From Christensenella tenuis (GTDB lineage Bacteria > Bacillota > Clostridia > Christensenellales > Christensenellaceae), in contig NZ_JACOON010000006.1 in the NCBI RefSeq assembly GCF_014287795.1, forward strand, positions 194,024 to 258,023: a stretch of 64,000 bases of DNA, in the 5' to 3' direction. Position numbers and translations under genes: made by a program. Under the pieces are notes generated by a model, which was not told where the DNA came from, searched no databases, and saw only the letters and a list, made by a program, of their open reading frames with translations. Numbering within the stretch: position 1 is the first letter of the stretch; each line of letters starts with the position of its first letter. This document shows, piece by piece, positions 56,823 through 64,000 of this stretch.

Positions 56823-57204
56823 ACGCCACTCCTCACACGAAAAAAAACGATGTTGTACAGTAAATCATTTCCCGGCTGGAACCAAATCGGATATTGGTAT
56901 TATAGCACGGTCAGCGCCTCTTTTCCCCCCAATGGCAACATCGGGCAATAATACGCCAAAAATTCGAAATTATACTGACTGTTTGTTCCTGTTTTTTGGA
57001 ATTTGCGCAGTATTCTGCCGTATTGGCTCCCTGCAGTCCGGCAGCAAGAATCAGATATAAAATCCAAAACATGCCGCGGCCTGCATAGACCGTGAGCGCC
57101 AGCCGATCCGGCATCTGAGCAAAGTCCCGCCCGTTTGCCTTTTAGGTTCATCACGGTTCCGGCATCCGGCGCCAGGGCGCCTTGGATTTCCCATGCTGAA
57201 AAGC

Positions 57205-57240
57205 ATCAAAAATGCCGCATCGTTTCCGATGCGGCATTTG
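57205..57240 (-). terminator. terminator downstream of the HdeD gene
   Basis: AATGCCGCATCG-tttc-CGATGCGGCATT with the T-run on the minus strand. Confidence 0.6.
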
Positions 57241-57295
57241 AGAAGAACTTCATTGCAAAGCAAGCTTTTTCCGGCGGCAAACTCGCCGCAGCAGG

Positions 57296-57838
57296 TTACT
57301 TTTTGGCCGAGGCCACAATTCCCCATTCGATGATGCTGAAAATACCATAGATCGTCAAGCAGGTGCCGAGCAGCACGCCAAGCGCGTTCCCGCCCGCGAT
57401 AATTCCTACGATGATTATAATACCGAGCACCAACTCCGCAAGGCCGCTGATGAGCGCCACCTTCCATGCGCCCGTGCTGTAGTCCTTCACCTGCGACGCT
57501 TCCATCAGGCTCATGACGCCCGTAATAACCGCCCATACGCCGATGATAAACGGCAGGATGATATTGGCTACACCTCCGCGGAAGATGATCAGCAGAACAC
57601 CGATGATGATGGCGATAATCGGGACGGCAAGCCCCGCATTCGCGTCACCCCTGTTTCGTTTTGACAGGTTGATTAATAACTGGATTACGCCGTAGGCAAG
57701 CACCACGATGCCGATGATTACAACAATCACTTCCATTGCAAACTGCGGTGCGCCGAGCAGGATAAGTCCAATAATCAAAAGAACAATGCTCAGGATCAGC
57801 CGTATCATTTCCCTGGATTTCCAAGACTCAGAATTCAT
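57296..57838 (-). CDS. HdeD/DUF308 family membrane protein
   Basis: Six short TM helices with the Ile/Gly-rich HdeD-type repeat pattern. Confidence 0.65.
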   Translation of the reverse strand: MNSESWKSREMIRLILSIVLLIIGLILLGAPQFAMEVIVVIIGIVVLAYGVIQLLINLSKRNRGDANAGLAVPIIAIIIGVLLIIFRGGVANIILPFIIGVWAVITGVMSLMEASQVKDYSTGAWKVALISGLAELVLGIIIIVGIIAGGNALGVLLGTCLTIYGIFSIIEWGIVASAKK

Positions 57839-57915
57839 AACTTCCCCCTCCTGTTTTCATATGGATTATGTTTTAATAATACCCTGCAAACGCCTCTTCA
57901 AACCACTTTCATTAA

Positions 57916-59073
57916 TCACATCTTATCATATTCTTTCGGGATAAGCAAAAGGCTCAGAACTGCGGCGACGGAAGTCAGTGCAAAGATTACCCAGAAGGCC
58001 ATATCCATGGACGCCGCCTCGATCACGTTGCCCACGATGACCGGCCCGAGGAAGATCCCGATGGCAAAAATGGACTGCAGGATACCCGTTGCCGTAGACC
58101 GGTAACGCGGTTCCACCGCCTTAATGACAAAGCCCGCAAGCGCGCCGCACGTAATTCCGTAGCAAACGCCGGACAATGCCTGCATCACATAGATTACCCC
58201 AAGGTTCATGTGGTAGAACATGGGAATACACGAAACTGCGCCCAGCACAAATGAAATGGTAATGCACTTAATCCCGCCGATTTTTTTATATAGTTTGGTG
58301 CCGACAAACATGGACGAAAGGCTTGTTACCAGAAAATAAACAACCATCAAAAGACCCAGCTGCGAGGAGTCCGCGCCGAGATCCTGCGCCGCAACCGACG
58401 TGAAATAACTCGGCAGCGCAAAGCACAGCAGCTGGGAAAAAACAGCAAGGATAGAAAAAACGATCAGATGCTTGTTTTTCATCAGGGCCGCAAGCTCCCT
58501 GCCGCTCGGCGGAACGATCTTCTGTTCTTCCTTCGGCGTTTTAAACATCATAATACAGCCGATGCCCACGAGCGCGACCAGGAAGGCAAAGTAAAAGGGC
58601 GCGTGGAGGCCGAACGCCTGCGCAAGGAACCCGCCCACGAGCGCGGCGACCACCTTGCCCATATTGGACGACGCATTGAGGATGCCCTGCGCTTTCACTT
58701 GCTTGTCTTCATCGTTGTACTTGGAATAGGAGGCGCAAATCACGACCCACCACGCCGCAGCGGCTCCGCCCACACCGCGGGCCATCATCACCCAGAAGGT
58801 GTCTTTGGCCACAATGAACATCAATCCTGAGACTGCAAGAATCACAAAGCCAACCAGCAGCAACAATTTATCCTTGCCGATCTTATCTGAAATGATCCCA
58901 AGGGGCACACGCAGCGCAATCTGCATTACGCCATAGGCCCCGCCGATCGCCCCTACCACAGCGGCCGTCGCCCCTAGGGACGTCGCATATGCGGGCAGCG
59001 TCGGCACATAGGAATACATGGACATCCACAAAAATGCCGCTACAAGGTTGATGATGACGATATTTCTTTTCAT
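57916..59073 (-). CDS. MFS transporter
   Basis: 12 TM. Start at MKRNIVII, overlapping (ATGA) the stop of the upstream dehydrogenase gene. Confidence 0.75.
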   Translation of the reverse strand: MKRNIVIINLVAAFLWMSMYSYVPTLPAYATSLGATAAVVGAIGGAYGVMQIALRVPLGIISDKIGKDKLLLLVGFVILAVSGLMFIVAKDTFWVMMARGVGGAAAAWWVVICASYSKYNDEDKQVKAQGILNASSNMGKVVAALVGGFLAQAFGLHAPFYFAFLVALVGIGCIMMFKTPKEEQKIVPPSGRELAALMKNKHLIVFSILAVFSQLLCFALPSYFTSVAAQDLGADSSQLGLLMVVYFLVTSLSSMFVGTKLYKKIGGIKCITISFVLGAVSCIPMFYHMNLGVIYVMQALSGVCYGITCGALAGFVIKAVEPRYRSTATGILQSIFAIGIFLGPVIVGNVIEAASMDMAFWVIFALTSVAAVLSLLLIPKEYDKM

Positions 59074-60110
59074 AGCTGCGTTTCCACCTCGAAACTGCCC
59101 CACGGAATATTCACGTCTTTTCCGTTGTTGATGATATCGTCCACATGCAGCATCAAGGGAAAATCCGCGGCCGTTGCCTTTCCCCCGGCAATCAGCTTTC
59201 TCACCGCGCGTGCCGTGCGCGTCGCTATCACGATCGATTCAAGCGTGATTCCTTCGAGCTCCGCCATTGCGTCTTCAAAACGCATGCCCCGTCCGAGCAG
59301 TACGCCGATCTTGCGGGTACGTCCGCCGAATACCGTCACGTACAGGTCGCCCGCGCCAAGTACGATGTTGTCGTCGCCGCCGCCCACGAGCTTAAGCAGT
59401 TTGCGCATTTCGCGGACACTCTGCCCAAACAGCGCCGCCTGCGAATTATAATGTTCTTTCCCGGGCACCCCTTCCCGGCGCTCGGCAAGCCCCACCGCGA
59501 GAGACACCGCAAGCGCATAAGCGTTTTTCATGGCAACCGCGCATTCCACGCCCACAACATCCGTGGAAAGGCTGATGTGGTAATACGGCGCTTCAAACAG
59601 TGCCTTAATTTTTCGCAGGGTTTCCATATCCTCCCCGCAAAAACACACTTCCGTAGGATCGTGATCGGCAAGCTCATAGCTTGTGCACGGGCCGCCGACC
59701 GCATTCAGCGAAAGCTTCCTGTTCAATTTTTGCGCATAAAGATGCGGATAGGGAATCAGTTTCCCTTCCTCTGTATCCTGCATTCCCTTCGTTACCGCGA
59801 GGACGGGCAGCGTTTCCGGGATTACCGGCAGGATTTCGGCAAGGAACCAGTCTACGCCGAAGCTTGACACCCCGCTTACCAATAAATCCGCGCCCAAAAG
59901 CGCCTCTTCGAGTTCTTCTATCTGGTAATACCGGTAGCTGCCGGGAAGACGGCGTTTTAAGGTCAGGTGTTCCCCTGTTTTGCGCGCGTGTTCAATGATT
60001 TCCCTGTCAAGCGGCGTACCCACCAGCCGTATTTCATGCCCATTGCCGCTTGCCGGGAAACCGATGGCCGAACCCATCATTCCCGCCCCTACGATTGTAA
60101 TAATGCTCAT
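59070..60110 (-). CDS. NAD(P)-dependent glycerol-3-phosphate dehydrogenase family protein (GpsA-like)
   Basis: N-terminal Rossmann (IVGAGMMGSA) and C-terminal GpsA-type domain. Divergent from canonical GpsA. Confidence 0.5.
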   Translation of the reverse strand: MSIITIVGAGMMGSAIGFPASGNGHEIRLVGTPLDREIIEHARKTGEHLTLKRRLPGSYRYYQIEELEEALLGADLLVSGVSSFGVDWFLAEILPVIPETLPVLAVTKGMQDTEEGKLIPYPHLYAQKLNRKLSLNAVGGPCTSYELADHDPTEVCFCGEDMETLRKIKALFEAPYYHISLSTDVVGVECAVAMKNAYALAVSLAVGLAERREGVPGKEHYNSQAALFGQSVREMRKLLKLVGGGDDNIVLGAGDLYVTVFGGRTRKIGVLLGRGMRFEDAMAELEGITLESIVIATRTARAVRKLIAGGKATAADFPLMLHVDDIINNGKDVNIPWGSFEVETQL

Positions 60111-60251
60111 CGATTGCTCTCCCTTGATATTGTATTCCCTGTTTCAAAAGGCTGTGGAGGGGAACCGTCCCGCTCCCTGTGCCCCAATGGCAAAAAGCAG
60201 ATTTGCCCTATTTATTTTACTCCCATTCTCCCGCAATGGAAAGCCCTTCAC

Positions 60252-60276
60252 GAAAAAAGGCCGCTCGCCGCGGCCC
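60252..60276 (-). terminator. terminator after the ACP gene
   Basis: GGCCGCTCGCCGCGGCC hairpin with the T-run on the minus strand. Confidence 0.6.
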
Positions 60277-60306
60277 CTTTCCACCGTTATAAATTCTAAT
60301 AAATGT

Positions 60307-60567
60307 TTAGAATGCCTGTACGGGCATATGCCCTGTTTCCGTTTTGTCTTCGAGGTATAACAGTACGTCTTCTACCGTATCGAGCAGCCGCAGGTCCCTG
60401 TCTGGGATTTCAATCCCAAATTCATCCTCAAATGCCATGACCACCTCCATCAGCCCGAATGAATCCATTTCCAAATCGCTGATCAGGTGCTTATCCGGAG
60501 TAATCTCCTCAATTTCCTTCGGACAGGCCATTGCCAGAAGCTGCTGTACCTTTTCCAGCTCCACCAT
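60307..60567 (-). CDS. acyl carrier protein (phosphopantetheine-binding)
   Basis: 86 aa; LEMDSFGLMEV carrier-protein serine motif. AGGAGG RBS. Confidence 0.75.
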   Translation of the reverse strand: MVELEKVQQLLAMACPKEIEEITPDKHLISDLEMDSFGLMEVVMAFEDEFGIEIPDRDLRLLDTVEDVLLYLEDKTETGHMPVQAF

Positions 60568-60664
60568 CGCGGTTTCCTCCTTTCGTCAAACTGATTTATT
60601 TTCGCCTGGTTTCGGAAGGGTTCCCTTCCGCAAAACTTCCGCCCATACCGGGGTCTCGCCCGCT

Positions 60665-62338
60665 TTACATTGCAAAGCGTTTAATTGATTTTTTCGTTGT
60701 TTTTTCAAACTCCTTGTCACGCACATGGAAATGCCCGACGTGTTTAAAAATGGGCAATGTTTTATTGACCGCGGAAATATCCTTTTCGAGGGATTCCCCG
60801 ATCTCTTGCGCGCTATGGGCCGCCGTATACTCTTCCGTCACAAAAATCTCCGCGCAGAGCTCCGTTTCGCTAAGTCCGTCCGAAGACGGCGCATACACGA
60901 CCACTTCTTTAATATACGGGATGCGCATCAAATATTCCTCTATTTCCTCGGGATAAATATTTTTTCCGCTCGGAAGCACGATCAGGTTCTTTTTGCGGCC
61001 CGTAATATGCAGGAAGCCCCCGCCGTCTATGTGACCGATATCGCCGGTGTTGAACCAGCCGTCTTTCATTACTTCCCGCGTGCCTTCCTCGTTTTTATAA
61101 TACCCGAGCATCACGTTGGGACCCTTAACCCAGATTTCACCGTCTCCGTCCTCGTCCGCATTTTCCACCTTCACATTGCAGCACGCAATCGGGATTCCTA
61201 CGGCCCCATCGCAATAATAGCGGTTTTTATTGACCGAAACGAGGGGTGCGCATTCCGTAATCCCGTAACCGTTCAAAAGCAGGATGCCAAACTCCCGGAA
61301 TTCGCGCATCAGCCGCGCGGACAGCGGCGCGCCGCCGCAGATGATAAGCTTCAGGTTCCCGCCAAACGCGTCGTGGATATTTTTAAAATATCGATCGCGG
61401 TTGTCTTCGCCCGCGCGAAGCTCCGCATTGCTTTTTTCGACCAGTGCGCGCAGCGCGTCTGCCTGGCCGTTTGCTTCCGCGTTCTGCCAGATTTTGCGGT
61501 GCATCATCTCTACGAACAGCGGCACAAGGAAAATCATATCCGGCCTGAAAAGCTGCAAATTCTCCATGAAATGCCGCAGGCTGTCGTTTATGCAGATCGT
61601 TGTGCCGTTCTGGATCATCATGGTGATGCCGTGCGTACTTTCAAAGGAATGGTGTACGGGCAGCACAGACATACATACCTGCCCGAGATCCAGCAGGGAA
61701 AGCCCTCCCTCCGATGCGGAGAGGATATTCTTCTGCGTCAGCATCACGCCCTTGCTCTTTCCCGTCGTGCCCGACGTATACAGCAGGGCGGACAGGGCGT
61801 TTTCGTCGATTTCCCGCCGCTCATACCCGCACTCTTCCGCTTCGCGGATCAACCCGCGGAAACCGAGCGTTTTTTTACCGTCTTGCTCCGCGTGCATATT
61901 AATATAAAATCTCACAGCCGCAAGGCTATCGCGGATATTTTCCACCGTATCCGCATATTCACCCGAAAAGACCAGCGCCTGCGCGCCGCTGTCTTCGAGG
62001 ATATTCGCAATCTCGTCGTCCGGCAGTTCTTTGTCGATGGGAACGATGACGCCCACGCCGCACTGTACGCCATAGTAAGTAAGCAGCCATTCGTAGCTCG
62101 TCGGCCCGATGACCGCAATGTGCGCGTCCGCAAGGCCAAGCCCTAAAAGCGCGTTCCCGAGCGCGTTCATATCACGCAGGAATTCGCCTGCGCCGATCCC
62201 GCGCACCGTTTTTTCCTTTGTGCGCACACGCAGCATATCCCGTCCGCCGTACGCCTCTTTTGCAGCGGCAAGCATCGTCCGCATATTCTTTTCATTTTTT
62301 AAGGGATAATTGGGGTAATTTTCCATATCACAACTCAT
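60665..62338 (-). CDS. AMP-dependent synthetase/ligase (acyl-CoA or acyl-ACP synthetase-like)
   Basis: AMP-binding signature LYTSGTTGKSKGVMLTQKN; adenylate-forming domain architecture. Confidence 0.85.
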   Translation of the reverse strand: MSCDMENYPNYPLKNEKNMRTMLAAAKEAYGGRDMLRVRTKEKTVRGIGAGEFLRDMNALGNALLGLGLADAHIAVIGPTSYEWLLTYYGVQCGVGVIVPIDKELPDDEIANILEDSGAQALVFSGEYADTVENIRDSLAAVRFYINMHAEQDGKKTLGFRGLIREAEECGYERREIDENALSALLYTSGTTGKSKGVMLTQKNILSASEGGLSLLDLGQVCMSVLPVHHSFESTHGITMMIQNGTTICINDSLRHFMENLQLFRPDMIFLVPLFVEMMHRKIWQNAEANGQADALRALVEKSNAELRAGEDNRDRYFKNIHDAFGGNLKLIICGGAPLSARLMREFREFGILLLNGYGITECAPLVSVNKNRYYCDGAVGIPIACCNVKVENADEDGDGEIWVKGPNVMLGYYKNEEGTREVMKDGWFNTGDIGHIDGGGFLHITGRKKNLIVLPSGKNIYPEEIEEYLMRIPYIKEVVVYAPSSDGLSETELCAEIFVTEEYTAAHSAQEIGESLEKDISAVNKTLPIFKHVGHFHVRDKEFEKTTKKSIKRFAM

Positions 62339-62548
62339 TCCATTCGTTCATCTGGAAGCCATTATAGCACACTGGCGGGATTTTTTCCATACGTGTCGTG
62401 CCGCCCCGGTTTGCTTTTTCGCGCAAGCGCCGGCGGACGCACACCATTTATAGGCGCAGTCCGCCGGCGCAAAGCCTGCCGTTTTCGCATAAAAAAACAG
62501 GAGGTTCCCATCCTGTGATGTTCCCATCCTGTTTTTCTTTGCAAACTC

Positions 62549-63184
62549 TTATGAATTCGCCGCTTTTTTGACTGAGGCCGTGCTCTTCTTAGCTGCCGTC
62601 TTGGTGGCGGAAGCGGTCTTTTTTGCCGCTGTTTTGGTCGCCTCGCCCGTCTTTTTGGCGGCTGTCTTCGCAGCTAAGCCTGTTTTCTTAGCCGCTGTTT
62701 TTGTTTCTGCTCCCGTTTTCTTGGCAGCCGTTTTCGCGGAGGAGGCCGTTTTTTTGGCTGCTGTTTTGGCGCTGCCGCCGGCTTTTTTGGCCGCCGTTCC
62801 CGTTTCCGACGCCTTCTCCTTCGCTTGATCCATCTTTCCTGCCGCTTCGCCGTCCGCCTCAGATTTCACCCTGTCGATCTCTGCTTCGATCTTTTTCAAC
62901 TCTGCCTCGTTGTTTTTGATGCGGTCCCCATGCTCCGCGAGGTCTTTTTTCAACCGCCCCGCATCATAGGTCGCCTTGCCGATTGCGCGGTAGCTCTCGT
63001 TGATCTCGTCGGTCAGCTTCGCCTTTTGCGCATTCAGCTTTGCAACGTCCATCATTTCCTTCGACCGCGCCGCAACCGTTCCTCCCAGTGCTACAATGCT
63101 GTCCTTTGCTTTGCTCAAAACATCGCCGATCTTTTCACCGGCGCTTTGCAGCGTCGATTTTGTGCCGCTCTTTTCCTGTGCCAT
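62549..63184 (-). CDS. coiled-coil protein with C-terminal Lys/Ala-rich 11-residue tandem repeats (histone H1-like)
   Basis: Seven repeats of T-A-A-K-K-(T/A)-x-x-x-x-K (TAAKKTGAETK TAAKKTGLAAK ...) after a ~120 aa coiled-coil N-terminus. Confidence 0.7.
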   Translation of the reverse strand: MAQEKSGTKSTLQSAGEKIGDVLSKAKDSIVALGGTVAARSKEMMDVAKLNAQKAKLTDEINESYRAIGKATYDAGRLKKDLAEHGDRIKNNEAELKKIEAEIDRVKSEADGEAAGKMDQAKEKASETGTAAKKAGGSAKTAAKKTASSAKTAAKKTGAETKTAAKKTGLAAKTAAKKTGEATKTAAKKTASATKTAAKKSTASVKKAANS

Positions 63185-63365
63185 TTTTGTTACCTCCTAA
63201 CCGTCTTTGCGGTATCCTATGAATTTTCTCAGAATGTCCCGGAATTGTTTTGTCCCGAAACCAAGTTACATTAACATACACAGCCCGCTTTTTCATAAAA
63301 CGCCTTTTTTATATTTTAATCTTTTTCCAGTCCCGCAGATTTTGGAGGGCAGGCAACATCCGGGC

Positions 63366-63402
63366 ACAAAAAAACGGCCCTCTCCTGCAGGCCGTTTTTT
63401 CC
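63366..63402. terminator. bidirectional-looking terminator between the URO-D family gene and the repeat-protein gene
   Basis: A-run + AACGGCC-ctctcctgca-GGCCGTT + T-run. Confidence 0.55.
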
Positions 63403-63415
63403 ATAAACCCCTGGA

Positions 63416-64000
63416 TTATCTGGTTTCCAAATATTCTTTCACCGCAAGCAGATTTTCCGGCGGTGTAAATTTCGGGACTTCGCAGCCCGCGGAGCTGATA
63501 TAATGGGATCCCCCCTTTTGGGTGCACTCTTCCGCCGCCTGCTTTACCGACTCGGGCGTCCCCTGCAGCAGCACCGCAACAGGATCGTAATTTCCGGATA
63601 ATACGGATGTGCCGCTGTACTTTCTCACTTCTTCAAGCGGCACCATCCAGTCCACATCAAAAATATCCACTACATCAAAGGGAATCCATTCGAGCAGCGG
63701 CCTCGTATTCCCGCAAATATGCAGCTTTGTTTTTGCGCCCATTCCACGAATTGCGGTAAGCAGCCTGCGTTCATATTCCCCTGCCAAATCCTGATAGGCG
63801 TTTGGCCCGGCGACGGAGGCGATCGCGTCGCCCACGCCTATGATATCTGCGCCAGCCTCGACCTGTGCCCGCGCGTACAGGATCGCCTGCTCGAGGCAAA
63901 ACTCCAGCAGCGCGTGTATGAACTCCGGATCGTCGTATAAATCGATCAGAAACTCATTGACCCCGCGCAGGTCGGCAGCCTCTGCAAAGCAGCCTTCCAC
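63416..64000 (-). CDS. uroporphyrinogen decarboxylase (URO-D) family protein, MtaA/MtbA-like; N-terminus beyond window end
   Basis: C-terminal 194 aa of a URO-D fold (GADIIGVGDAIASVAGP...HICGNTRPLLE). The ORF is open at 64000. Confidence 0.6.
   Translation of the reverse strand: MEGCFAEAADLRGVNEFLIDLYDDPEFIHALLEFCLEQAILYARAQVEAGADIIGVGDAIASVAGPNAYQDLAGEYERRLLTAIRGMGAKTKLHICGNTRPLLEWIPFDVVDIFDVDWMVPLEEVRKYSGTSVLSGNYDPVAVLLQGTPESVKQAAEECTQKGGSHYISSAGCEVPKFTPPENLLAVKEYLETR

Overview
Firmicutes/Clostridia-like chromosomal window, high GC, no rRNA/tRNA and no CRISPR, with about 60 dense protein-coding genes.

Contents in order:
- 3'-truncated anaerobic class III ribonucleotide reductase gene nrdD, with NrdR-box-like palindromes upstream.
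- TetR regulator co-operonic with a flavodoxin/ferredoxin fusion, divergent from an asymmetric heterodimeric ABC multidrug-type exporter pair.
- ~11 kb minus-strand sugar/polyol catabolic operon: SDR dehydrogenase, RbsABC-like ABC importer, Zn-dependent polyol dehydrogenase, class II aldolase, PfkB kinase, VOC protein, split transketolase, ROK kinase. A divergent XRE regulator sits upstream.
- Short overlapping operon: membrane protein, YbaK deacylase, GNAT, ArsC/Spx-like.
- 4.4 kb gene for a ~1460 aa cell-wall-anchored beta-helix surface protein. Its upstream region holds a (GTCT)23 tetranucleotide microsatellite and a leader hairpin terminator.
- Two further YbaK-family deacylases, an M3 oligoendopeptidase lipoprotein, a flotillin/NfeD pair, a 2-hydroxyacid dehydrogenase, a PadR regulator, an aldo-keto reductase and an MFS transporter.
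- Second sugar locus: ROK regulator, ABC importer, ThuA-like protein, Gfo/Idh/MocA oxidoreductase.
- Most system-like element: a bacteriocin/RiPP-export locus. It has an ECF sigma factor, an HlyD-like protein, a C39-peptidase ABC transporter, a second peptidase-less ABC transporter and an orphan PBP1 lipoprotein. Convergent to these is a small gene with a textbook double-glycine leader and a 2xCxxC core. A second Nif11/NHLP-like leader peptide candidate sits upstream of the sigma gene.
- Two tandem AEC transporters, HdeD, an MFS transporter, a GpsA-family dehydrogenase, an ACP plus acyl-AMP ligase pair, a Lys/Ala-repeat histone-H1-like protein and a 5'-truncated URO-D family gene.

All calls are from reading translated ORFs and motifs; no database search was run.
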